This document shows positions 18,266 to 27,605 of a stretch of DNA of 64,000 nucleotides, piece after piece (position 1 is the stretch's first letter; each line of letters begins with the position of its first letter). The stretch is from positions 1,184,001 to 1,248,000 of the forward strand of contig OZ219918.1 of the NCBI GenBank assembly GCA_964291415.2. Direction: 5' to 3'. A program made the position numbers and the translations under genes. This stretch comes from Alphaproteobacteria bacterium. GTDB lineage: Bacteria; Pseudomonadota; Alphaproteobacteria; SP197. The notes under the pieces are model-generated. The model saw only the letters and a program-made list of their open reading frames with translations. It was not told where the DNA came from and searched no databases.

Positions 18266-19411
18266 ATGGACCGAAGCAATGGACTCGAAGAACGCAACAG
18301 GCACTTCGATTCCCTCGCCTCGCGATCGGGACTGATGTGGCTCGGTCAGAACACCAATCACTTCGAACCCTGTCCGGCTGTCCGCCAGGCGATGATCGAC
18401 TGCATTGACTCTGGCGAGTGTCATCGCTACGCGCCCCCTCTGGGCGTTGAGGAGTTGCGTACAGCCATTCTTGGAGATCTCGGCCTTGACCGGGAATTCT
18501 CCGTCATGGTGACCGACGGTGCCATCGAGGGGCTCTACCACACCTGCCATACACTGCTCGGCCCGGATGACGAGTTCGTCGTGACCGACCCGGGGTGGCT
18601 GTGGCCGAGGCGTTTCGCGGCAAGCCGGCAGGCGCGCGTTGTCGAGCTGCCGGTCTACGACCGCGATGCGGGCTATCGCCTCACTCCGTCACAACTGCGC
18701 GAGGCAATGACGGAGAAGACGCGCCTGATCTATCTTGTGGATCCGAACAACCCCCTCGGCTCCATTCAGACCGCCGTCGAGATCGAGGAAATCGCCTCAA
18801 TCGCCCGGGATGCCGGCGCGTTTCTCATTCACGACTGCACCTATCGCGACTTCGCCGAAGGACACACCCTGGCCGCTCGCCACTATCCGCAGGGGACGAT
18901 CACCACCTACAGTTTCTCCAAGTGGCTTGGACTGGCAGGACTCAGGCTCGGGGCGGTGGTCGCCTCGCCTGAGACCATCAATCTGCTTGCCGCCGCCCCG
19001 CCAAACAATCTTGGCTCGTCCTTCATCGCACAGCGCGCGGCGCTTGCGGGTCTGCGTCACAAGGCAGAGTGGTTTCCTGAAGTCCAGAAGCGCCAACGTG
19101 ACAACCAGGCGTCAATCAAGCAGTCGATTGGCGGTGTCGAAGGGCTGGAAACAACGGTTTTCCCCTCGCATGGCAACTTTCTCGCCCTCGACACCTCTAG
19201 GGCCGGGTTCGCACCTGATAGCCTTTGCGCATTCTATCTGGAGCGCGATATCCTCATCCGGCATGGCGGATACCATTCGACCCGGTGTGGAGACCGCTTC
19301 GTGAAGGTCAGCACGACGGTGCCTTCGGAGTGGATCAACGCATTTTGCAGTCATCTCGAAGAGGCCGTCGAATGGAGCCGGAGTGCAACGACCGTGCGGA
19401 CTCTGTATTGA
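18266..19411 (+). CDS. PLP-dependent aminotransferase class I/II
   Basis: DPNNPLG, HDCTY, SFSKWLGLAGLRLG. Confidence 0.9.
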   Translation: MDRSNGLEERNRHFDSLASRSGLMWLGQNTNHFEPCPAVRQAMIDCIDSGECHRYAPPLGVEELRTAILGDLGLDREFSVMVTDGAIEGLYHTCHTLLGPDDEFVVTDPGWLWPRRFAASRQARVVELPVYDRDAGYRLTPSQLREAMTEKTRLIYLVDPNNPLGSIQTAVEIEEIASIARDAGAFLIHDCTYRDFAEGHTLAARHYPQGTITTYSFSKWLGLAGLRLGAVVASPETINLLAAAPPNNLGSSFIAQRAALAGLRHKAEWFPEVQKRQRDNQASIKQSIGGVEGLETTVFPSHGNFLALDTSRAGFAPDSLCAFYLERDILIRHGGYHSTRCGDRFVKVSTTVPSEWINAFCSHLEEAVEWSRSATTVRTLY

Positions 19412-19471
19412 CTTGGTGAGTGTCGGGTCCATGCAGGGAACAAGATGGATGAATGACGCAGGGGAGGCGAC

Positions 19472-20254
19472 GTGGAACTCGGATTGACCGGCCGATGGGC
19501 TCTTGTGTCAGGCGCTTCTCAGGGCATTGGCGAGGGGTTGGCCGAAGCCTTCGCGTCGGAGGGCGTCAACCTGCACTTGACGGCGCGCAGTGCCGACCGG
19601 CTTCAGGACCTGCAGAAGCGCCTCCACGACCGGACTGGAGTCACCGTCCATGTCCATCCGATGGACCTTGCCCGATCCGGCGCGGTCGAGAGGCTTGTGG
19701 AGGCGACCGGCGAGATCGACATTCTGGTCAACAACGCCGGTGCCATCCCCGGAGGAAACCTCGACGCCATTGACGAGAAGAGGTGGCGCGAAGGCTGGGA
19801 GCTCAAGGTCTTCGGCTACATCAACCTGACGCGCGCGGTCTATGGCAGAATGCGGGACCGCGGCGGCGGCGTCATCATCAACAACATCGGCAATGCCGGT
19901 GAAGTCTTTGATTCTGGTTATGTCGCGGGTACCACCGGCAACGCCAGTCTCATTGCCTTCACTCGTGCGATGGGCGGGCGGAGCCTTGCCGATGGCATTC
20001 GCGTGGTCGGCGTCAGTCCCGGACCTGTCGATACCGAGCGCATCTACAATCTGTTGAAGGTTCGCGCCAGAGACCTTTTCGGCGATGAAGCGCGCTATAC
20101 GGAGTTGCTGAAGTCCTATCCTCTGGAACGCCCTGCCAAGGTCCGCGAGGTGGTGGACCTCATGGTCTTCCTGGCGTCCGATCGTTCCGGCTACACCTCT
20201 GGCACCGTCATCACGGTGGACGGCGGCATCTCGTCGCGTCACTCGATTGTTTGA
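19472..20254 (+). CDS. Short-chain dehydrogenase/reductase
   Basis: SGASQGIG, LVNNAG, SPGPVDT, TVDGG. Confidence 0.9.
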   Translation: MELGLTGRWALVSGASQGIGEGLAEAFASEGVNLHLTARSADRLQDLQKRLHDRTGVTVHVHPMDLARSGAVERLVEATGEIDILVNNAGAIPGGNLDAIDEKRWREGWELKVFGYINLTRAVYGRMRDRGGGVIINNIGNAGEVFDSGYVAGTTGNASLIAFTRAMGGRSLADGIRVVGVSPGPVDTERIYNLLKVRARDLFGDEARYTELLKSYPLERPAKVREVVDLMVFLASDRSGYTSGTVITVDGGISSRHSIV

Positions 20255-20265
20255 AGGTGCGCCGG

Positions 20266-21144
20266 ATGCCCTACGCAACATGCGATGACGGCGTCAGGTT
20301 GTACTTCGAGACCGAGGGGACCGGAACGCCGATCGTGTTCGTGCACGAATTCGGCGGCAGTTACTGGAGCTGGGAACCCCAGGTGCACGCATTTTCCCGG
20401 CGTCACCAATGCATCACCTTCGCCGCGCGCGGGTATCCACCCTCTGATGTCCCGGCGCAGGTCGATGCCTATTCCCAGAAGCGAGCCGCTCGGGACATCT
20501 TCTCTGTCATGGATGCGTGCGAACTCGAATCCGCCCATCTCGTCGGGCTGTCGATGGGCGGCTTCGCCGTCCTGCATGCAGCGATGCTGCATCCCGGACG
20601 TGTTCTCTCGCTTGTTGTCGCGGGCACGGGCTATGGCGCGGAAAAGGCGCATGAAGACTACTTCCGCAGGATTTCTTGCGAGGTCGCCGACGGATTCGAA
20701 AGCGGAGCAGCCGACTTCGCCGCGACCTATGCCGAAGGCGCATCGCGCGTGCAGTTCCAGGAGAAGGATCCGGCCGGATGGCGCGTGTTCGCCGATCGGC
20801 TGGCCAGGCATTCGGAGCGGGGCGCGGCCAACACCATGCGTGGTGTCCAGGCGCAGCGGCCCTCGCTCTTCGATCTCGAAGAAGACCTGTCCCGGATCCG
20901 GGCTCCCACACTCGTCATCTGCGGAGACGAAGACGATCACTGCCTGCAGCCCGGCATTTTCCTGAAGCGGACCATTCGTACCAGCGGCCTCGCGGTGCTC
21001 CCGAAGAGCGGCCACACCATCAATCTTGAAGAGCCGGAACTGTTCAATCGTCTCCTGGCCGATTTTCTGGCCGCCACCGTGGCCGGCCGCTGGGGCACGC
21101 GGGATCCGCGCGCCGATCCGGATCAGATCATGAGAACCAGGTGA
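20266..21144 (+). CDS. Alpha/beta hydrolase
   Basis: VFVHEFGG, GLSMGG nucleophile elbow, SGHTINLEEP. Confidence 0.9.
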   Translation: MPYATCDDGVRLYFETEGTGTPIVFVHEFGGSYWSWEPQVHAFSRRHQCITFAARGYPPSDVPAQVDAYSQKRAARDIFSVMDACELESAHLVGLSMGGFAVLHAAMLHPGRVLSLVVAGTGYGAEKAHEDYFRRISCEVADGFESGAADFAATYAEGASRVQFQEKDPAGWRVFADRLARHSERGAANTMRGVQAQRPSLFDLEEDLSRIRAPTLVICGDEDDHCLQPGIFLKRTIRTSGLAVLPKSGHTINLEEPELFNRLLADFLAATVAGRWGTRDPRADPDQIMRTR

Positions 21145-22406
21145 CGTTGGCCATGGAACAGCGCGGCATGCGCCCTTCCGATCTGATTGATGCCGACCGC
21201 CTGTGGCATCGTCTGATGCGCCTGGCCGACTTCGGCGCCACGTCTGCCGGTGGCGTGAACCGGCAGGCGCTCTCCATGGAGGAAATCGATGCCCGGGAGG
21301 TTCTCGCGGCCTGGGCGCGCGAGGCGGGGCTGAATGTCCTCAACGATGCGATCGGCAACCTGTTCTTCCGACTGGAAGGCGCCGACCCCGATGCGGCCCC
21401 GGTCCTTTCAGGCTCCCACATCGATTCGCAACCCACGGGCGGTAAGTTCGACGGCACCTTCGGGGTCCTCGCCGCGCTGGAGGCAATCTGCGCGCTCGCA
21501 TCATCTTCCAGGAAACCCCGACGTTCCATCGAGGCGGTAGCCTGGACCAACGAGGAGGGATCCCGCTTTGCTCCCGGCATGATGGGCTCGGAAGCCTTCA
21601 CGGGACGAAGGGCGCTCGACGGCATGCTCACGGTCGAAGATGTCGACGGCATTAGTGTCAGGTCCGCCCTGGCGCGGGTCCTGGCGGCCGAGCCGGACGT
21701 CAGACACCGTCCGCTCGGGTTTCCGGTTCACGCATACATTGAAGCCCATATCGAACAGGGACCGGTTCTGGAACGCGAAGAGACGTCCATCGGCGTCGTG
21801 TCCGGCATCCAGGGCAGCCGGCGTTTCCGTGTGACGGTCAGCGGCGAAGCAGCGCATGCCGGCACGACCCCGCGCAGGGAACGCAAGGACGCGTTGCTGG
21901 CCGCCGTTGGCATGATCGATGCGCTTGCCCGGCTCACGAGCGATCCGGAGAATGTCATGTTTACGGTCGGTTTGTTCAGGGTCGATCCGAACGCGCCTTC
22001 GGTCGTTCCCCGACAGGCCTACTTCTCCATCGATCTGAGACATCCCGACAATGACGTGCTTGGTCGGCTGGGTGATGCAATACCCGACTGCTGCCATGCG
22101 AACCGTGGGGCCTGCGAGGTTTCGGTAAAGGAAATCGCGCATGCGCCGTCACTCGAGTTTCCCGGGACAATCCGCGACACGATTTCCGCCGCCGCGCAAC
22201 GGCTGGAGTTGTCGTGGCGGGAAATCCACTCCGCCGCCGGACACGATGCACGGCAGCTTCACTATCACTGTGACAGCGGCATGATCTTTATCCCGTGCAG
22301 GGATGGGGTCAGCCACAACGAAAGCGAATGGACCGAACCCCATCAGGTTGCGGAGGGCAGTCGCGTTCTTGCTGATGTCCTCTGGGAGCTCGCGAATGCC
22401 CGCTGA
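21141..22406 (+). CDS. M20 Zn amidohydrolase (N-carbamoyl-amino-acid / allantoate amidohydrolase family)
   Basis: GSHIDSQPTGGKFDG, NEEGSRF, EAHIEQGP, HAGTTP, GHDA. Confidence 0.92.
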   Translation: MTLAMEQRGMRPSDLIDADRLWHRLMRLADFGATSAGGVNRQALSMEEIDAREVLAAWAREAGLNVLNDAIGNLFFRLEGADPDAAPVLSGSHIDSQPTGGKFDGTFGVLAALEAICALASSSRKPRRSIEAVAWTNEEGSRFAPGMMGSEAFTGRRALDGMLTVEDVDGISVRSALARVLAAEPDVRHRPLGFPVHAYIEAHIEQGPVLEREETSIGVVSGIQGSRRFRVTVSGEAAHAGTTPRRERKDALLAAVGMIDALARLTSDPENVMFTVGLFRVDPNAPSVVPRQAYFSIDLRHPDNDVLGRLGDAIPDCCHANRGACEVSVKEIAHAPSLEFPGTIRDTISAAAQRLELSWREIHSAAGHDARQLHYHCDSGMIFIPCRDGVSHNESEWTEPHQVAEGSRVLADVLWELANAR

Positions 22407-22532
22407 CGTCGTGGACGTGTCGCGCCCGTGTGACGTGTTTCGCGCCGCCATCGGCCCGGGTGGGCGCATTCCCCGTGATGTGGTTGTCATCCGGGATGCG
22501 TCATGCTCGCCTGAACCGTCACGGACATCATT

Positions 22533-23328
22533 GTGAACGTCGCGGCGGCGCCGGTGCCCCTCGTGGAATTGACCGGTGTTTCGGTGACCTATGACGTGCC
22601 GAGGCAGCATTCGGTGGTGGAAGCCCTGAAGAGGGTGGATCTTGCCGTTGCGAAAGGCAGCTTTACCTCGCTTATGGTCCCTCCGGCTGCGGAAAGAGCA
22701 CCTTGCTGAGGGTGGTGGCGGATCTCACGGCACCCACAGCCGGGCAGGTGTCGATCGAGGGTCAAACGCCCGCTTCTGCCCGGCGTGCGCGCCAGATCGG
22801 CTTCGTCTTTCAGGAGCCGGCCCTGCTCGAATGGCGTAGCGTTCTGGACAATGTGGCCCTTCCGCTGGAACTCCAGGGAGTGGGACGCGCGGAACGCGAG
22901 GCGGAAGCCGGGCGGTTGATCGATCTTGTCGGATTGAGTGGCTTCGAGGCGGTGTGGCCTTCGCAACTCTCGGGCGGGATGAAACAACGGGCCTCCATTG
23001 CCCGTGCCCTGTCGACGTCGCCGCACGTGATGCTGATGGACGAGCCGTTCGGTGCGCTTGATCAGATCACGCGAGACCGCATGAATCTGGAACTGGTGCG
23101 CGTCTTCGAACAAACCGGCGTGACCGTCCTGTTTGTCACGCATTCCATCCGGGAAGCCGTATTCCTGTCGGACAACGTCGTCGTGATGTCGCCGCGTCCG
23201 GGCCGCATTGTCCGCAGCATCGAGGTCGACCTGCCCCGCCCCGCAACCTCCTTGTGCGCGACAACCATGCATTCGGCGAACTGGTCCGTATCGGCGCACG
23301 CGAACTCGAGCAAGGCTATGGCACCTAG
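22533..23328 (+). pseudogene. NitT/TauT ABC ATP-binding protein with two apparent 1-nt deletions
   Basis: GSFTSL/GPSGCGKST broken at ~22675; C-terminus RNLLVRDNHAFGELVR...GT* in a shifted frame after ~23240; LSGGMKQR intact. Could be a sequencing error. Confidence 0.75.
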
Positions 23329-24138
23329 CACGCGACCGGTGAGCCGGCATGAGACCGGCATGGCCCGGCGGTTCACAACCCTGGCACGCATGGCGGGGCC
23401 ACCGATCGCGGCGGCCATCGTCATGGTGAGCCTGTGGGAGGGGGTGTGCCACCTCTTCGACATCGCGCCCTACATCGTGCCGGCGCCGTCGAGGATCTGG
23501 GCTGCCTTCGTGTCGAAGCCCGGATCCCTGCTCTTCAACGGAGGAGTCACCTTCCTCGAGGCGATCTCAGGCTTTGTCATCGGTTCCGTGCTGGGAGCCT
23601 TGCTTGGGACGGCCTTCGCCTACTCGCGCCTCCTTGCGCGCGGTCTTCTGCCCTACATCATCGCCGCCAACACGATCCCCGTCGTCGCCATCGCTCCGAT
23701 CATCATCCTCTGGTTCGGACACGGCATGCAGTCAAAGTGGCTGTCACCGCCTTTCTTTCCTTCTTCCCGCTGGCGCTCAACATGATGAAGGGACTGCAAT
23801 CCTACGACCGGGTGGTCATGGACGTGTTCCATGTATCCGCCGCCAGCGAGTGGCAGCGGTTCTTCAAGATGCGTCTTCCAAACGCGCTTCCCTACGTCTT
23901 CGTCGGTCTGAAGCTCAACGTCACGTTTTCCGTCATCGGCGCCATCGTCGCGGAGTTCGTGCAGGCCGACAAGGGACTCGGCTTCGTGATCATGACGACC
24001 TACCGCACCCTCAACATGCCGCGTCTCTGGGCAGCGATGCTGCTGTCGGCCATCATCGGAATTCTCTTCTTCGCCTTGATCGCCTGGATCGAAAGGCGGA
24101 CGATCCCCTGGCACAGTTCCATGCGGGAGGACCGTTGA
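23318..24138 (+). pseudogene. NitT/TauT ABC permease with one apparent 1-nt deletion
   Basis: IPVVAIAPIIILWFGHGMQS continues as KVAVTAFLSFFP in another frame at ~23736. Confidence 0.75.
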
Positions 24139-24199
24139 GGTGATAGAGTGAACTCTTGGACACGGCTGTCCAGGTGGGGAATCAAGGAGGATTGACATC

Positions 24200-25204
24200 A
24201 TGAAGTCGAGACAGGTGGCCGTACTGGCCGTCATCATGGGAATGGCTTTTGCGGCGAGCCCGCAGGCCGACGAGACGTTGCGCCTCGAGTGGGTCATGCA
24301 GGGGCAGTTTGCCGGACCGATCGTGGCCCACGACAAGGGCTACTACGACGAAGCGGGCGTCACCATCGAACTCTTGCCGGCCGGACCCGACATCAAGCCG
24401 GCGGTCACCGTGGCGCAGGGTTCCGACACATTCGGTCTGGGTCATCCCAACCAGATCATCGCCGCGCGCTCGAACGGAGTGCCTCTGGTGATGGTGATGC
24501 AGTTCGGCCAGAAGAGCGCCACGACCTATGTTGTACGCAAGGAAGCCGGCATCTCGAGCGTCAGCGACATGCCGGGACGCAGTGTGGGTCTTTGGTTCGG
24601 AGGCGACGAGCACGAGTTTCTCGCCATGCTGAATGCGGCTGGCGTCAGTCAGGAAGATGTGCAGATCATTTCCCAGGGTTTCGACATCATCGCCTGGCTC
24701 AACGGCGAGTACGAAGTGATGCAGGTCACGCGCTTCAACGAGCTTCTTCAGGTCTACGACAACGGCTTCAGTCCCGAGGACCTGGTCCTGCTCAATCCGG
24801 AGGACTATGGCGTGGCGTTGGTATCGGGCGGCCTCTTCACGACGGAGGAGGTGATCAACGAGAAGCCGGATGTCGTTCAGGGTGTGGTCGAAGCGACCAT
24901 GCGCGGATGGAAGGACGCCCTTGCCGATCCCGCTGCCGCGGCCGAGATCGTGCTGAAGTACAATGAGGAACTGACGCTCGAGAGCCAGATCGGTCAGATC
25001 AAGGCCATGGCTGATCTCATTTGTGCCGGTCCGACCCTGGAGGGCGCTTTCGGCCAATCGGTGCTCGCGGACTGGGAAACGTCGCAGACCGTCATCCACG
25101 AGGCCGGAGTCATCGACTCGACGATCGATCTCGAGGAAGGCTTCACCAACAGGTTCTGGGACGCGGTTCCCGCGGAGTACAAGCAGGTCATGTGTTCGAT
25201 GTAG
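24200..25204 (+). CDS. NMT1/THI5-like ABC substrate-binding protein
   Basis: Signal peptide, LRLEWVMQGQFAG, DKGYYDEAG, ATMRGW. Confidence 0.9.
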   Translation: MKSRQVAVLAVIMGMAFAASPQADETLRLEWVMQGQFAGPIVAHDKGYYDEAGVTIELLPAGPDIKPAVTVAQGSDTFGLGHPNQIIAARSNGVPLVMVMQFGQKSATTYVVRKEAGISSVSDMPGRSVGLWFGGDEHEFLAMLNAAGVSQEDVQIISQGFDIIAWLNGEYEVMQVTRFNELLQVYDNGFSPEDLVLLNPEDYGVALVSGGLFTTEEVINEKPDVVQGVVEATMRGWKDALADPAAAAEIVLKYNEELTLESQIGQIKAMADLICAGPTLEGAFGQSVLADWETSQTVIHEAGVIDSTIDLEEGFTNRFWDAVPAEYKQVMCSM

Positions 25205-25216
25205 CCATCGATACGT

Positions 25217-25247
25217 CGGCCGGCGCCGTTCACGGCGGCGCCGGCCG
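25217..25247. other. GC hairpin after SBP gene (mRNA stabiliser or attenuator)
   Basis: CGGCCGGCGCCG-ttcacgg-CGGCGCCGGCCG, no T-tail. Confidence 0.5.
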
Positions 25248-25276
25248 GGTCCGCTTCAAGGAGGGCAGGGCCTGAC

Positions 25277-26206
25277 ATGGACGTGCGCATTCGCTTGCTG
25301 TGGTTCCCACAGGCTCAGTTCGCCGGCTATCTCCTCGCGGAAAGGCAATCCCGCCTTCACGGGTCCAAGCCACGCATCGTCTGCCAGGGTGCCGACTTGT
25401 CGACCGGACCGATCGCTGCGGTGCTGCAGGGAGAGTGCGAGTTTGCTGTCGCAAGCCCGGCGCACGTTCTTGAATCCGGTGCGCCGGCGGACCTTGTCTG
25501 GCTGCTCACCATCCAGCAGGAGAGTCCCCTCGTTTATCCGGTGTCGCGGACCAGCGGCATCGAGAGTCCGGGCGATTTGTCCGGACGCTGTGTCGCGGTC
25601 TGGCCCGGGAACGAGGATCTGGAACTGCAATGGATGATCGCGAGGGCCGGCCTTGATGCGGATCTGGTAAGGCGCCTTCCGGTTGCTGATACCGTTGCGG
25701 CCTATCTTTCCGGCGAGGCCGACTCCGCCCAGATGACCAGCTACCACGAGTTGCACCTGCTTGAGGCCGCGTTGCCGGAAAGGGGAGAATTCCGTCTTCT
25801 GAGAGCGGCAGACCAGGGCATCGGCCTTCTCAAGGATGGCTTGATTGCGCGGCGCGACTATGTCGAGAAGAACGAGAGCCTGGTCCAGGAGGTTGTCTGC
25901 GCGGTCCTTGCCGGATGGACCCTGGCCTTCACTGACACACAGGCGGCGATTGACGCCTGTCTGGCGGCAAGGCCGGAGCTCGACGGCAATGACCAGGCGC
26001 GGCAGCTGGAGGATGTTCGGGTGCTGAGCCGTGGTGGGGCGACACGGAGCCATGGCCTCGGATATCCCGATCTGGCGCATGCGGAAAACGCGCTTGCCGC
26101 AGCGAGGGAGACCGGACTGCCCGGACCGTTCGTGACGGCATCCGAGATGACGGTCCAACGGTTCTGGCATTCGGCTCCACCCGCCTTGCGACGGCAAGCC
26201 ATTTGA
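25277..26206 (+). CDS. NMT1/THI5-like protein without signal peptide
   Basis: Starts directly at MDVRIRLLWFPQAQFAGY, matching the mature N-terminus of the upstream SBP. Confidence 0.8.
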   Translation: MDVRIRLLWFPQAQFAGYLLAERQSRLHGSKPRIVCQGADLSTGPIAAVLQGECEFAVASPAHVLESGAPADLVWLLTIQQESPLVYPVSRTSGIESPGDLSGRCVAVWPGNEDLELQWMIARAGLDADLVRRLPVADTVAAYLSGEADSAQMTSYHELHLLEAALPERGEFRLLRAADQGIGLLKDGLIARRDYVEKNESLVQEVVCAVLAGWTLAFTDTQAAIDACLAARPELDGNDQARQLEDVRVLSRGGATRSHGLGYPDLAHAENALAAARETGLPGPFVTASEMTVQRFWHSAPPALRRQAI

Positions 26207-27357
26207 GCGGGACAGCCGAAGTCATTGTCGTGGGCGCGGGAATCGTCGGTTCCGCGATCGGCGCGGAACTGGCCTTGCTCGGCCACGACGTCATCATCGT
26301 GGAACAGGGAGTGCCGGGCGGCGCCGTATCGGGTGCGAGTCTGGCCTGCATCGGTTCTCACATGGTCGACATGGAGGAACTGCCGTTGCTGGCCTGGGCC
26401 CGCGACGCGTGGCGGGCATTCGACGGGGAAATCGGGGGGTTCGAATACAACCCGTGCGGCCAGCTTCGGTTCATCCTCAGCGAGCAGGACCTTGCGACGG
26501 CGAGGGCGTGGATCGACGTCGAGCGGAACGCCGGACTGGAGGTGAATCTCCTGGAGCCCGCCGAGGTGCGCGAGGTGGAACCATCGCTCACCGGTCCGAT
26601 CGTCGCCGCCTCATGGTCGAAGGACGATGCCGTGGTCAATCCGTTTCTTGCGGTTCGCGCCTTTCTGAAGCGGGCTCGTGATTGCGGCGCCCGTCTCGAG
26701 ACACACTGTTGTGTGGACTCGCTCATCGAACGCGACGGCAGGATTGCCGGCGTGCGTTGTGCAAGGACCGACATGTCGGCCGAGCATGTCGTGCTCGCAT
26801 CAGGTCCCTGGACGGCGCGCCTCGCGGCCAGTCTCGGCATGAAGCTGCCAATCCGGCCACGCAAGGCTCAGTGCCTGGCGACGGTGCGCATGCCTCCCAC
26901 AATCCGGCGCGTCGTCGGCGCCTGCGAGAGCGATGGCGGTGTCGAAGCCGGTTACACGCAGATCCAGCAAACCAGGAACGGACAGGTGCTGTTCAACACG
27001 GTGCATGCGGACGGACTTGTTGACGACGGCACACAAGACCGCATTCCTGAAGTTGGCAGAGGCTTTGTCCGGGATTCTGTCGAGACGCTGCTGTTTCTCT
27101 TTCCCGATCTGTGGAATGTCCATCTCCTGCGTTCCTGGGTTCGCTTCGAGGCCGTAACGCCCGACAACCGCTTCCTTGTCGGCCCCCTCGGACCTGAAGG
27201 CCTCTGGGTTGCCGCAGGAGACTGTGGAACCGGTTTCACACGAGCACCGGCGATCGCCCGCTTGATCGGTCATATGCTGGGTGGCGACCATCCTGCTTTC
27301 GACACGACGCTCTACGCGCCGGATCGATTCTCCAGCGCGCGCCCGGCTTCGGCATGA
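26203..27357 (+). CDS. FAD-dependent oxidoreductase (HcnC/OoxB/SoxB-like)
   Basis: VGAGIVG, TPDNRFLVG; coupled to the next two genes. Confidence 0.88.
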   Translation: MSGTAEVIVVGAGIVGSAIGAELALLGHDVIIVEQGVPGGAVSGASLACIGSHMVDMEELPLLAWARDAWRAFDGEIGGFEYNPCGQLRFILSEQDLATARAWIDVERNAGLEVNLLEPAEVREVEPSLTGPIVAASWSKDDAVVNPFLAVRAFLKRARDCGARLETHCCVDSLIERDGRIAGVRCARTDMSAEHVVLASGPWTARLAASLGMKLPIRPRKAQCLATVRMPPTIRRVVGACESDGGVEAGYTQIQQTRNGQVLFNTVHADGLVDDGTQDRIPEVGRGFVRDSVETLLFLFPDLWNVHLLRSWVRFEAVTPDNRFLVGPLGPEGLWVAAGDCGTGFTRAPAIARLIGHMLGGDHPAFDTTLYAPDRFSSARPASA

Positions 27358-27605
27358 AGCGTCTGCGCATCTCGATCGACGGCGAGCCGCGTGATGTCGC
27401 CTCGGGAACAACCGTTGCGGCAGCAATGCTCGAGGCCGGTCAGGTTGCCGTCCACCGCAGCACCCGGTTGGGGCACCCTCGCGGAATGTTCTGCGGGATG
27501 GGAGTCTGCTTTGCATGTCTGCTCACGGTCAACGGACGTCGCGACGTGCGGGCATGCCTGATCGAGGTGACCGACGGCATGGTGGTTGAGACACATCGGT
27601 CATGA
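27354..27605 (+). CDS. (2Fe-2S) subunit (HcnA-like)
   Basis: FCGMGVCFACLLTVNG...RAC. Confidence 0.9.
   Translation: MKRLRISIDGEPRDVASGTTVAAAMLEAGQVAVHRSTRLGHPRGMFCGMGVCFACLLTVNGRRDVRACLIEVTDGMVVETHRS

Noticed and set aside
22703-23785. Apparent ABC ATPase-permease fusion protein
   Set aside because: Explained by a 1-nt frameshift at ~23240; the natural ATPase C-terminus and stop exist in the other frame.
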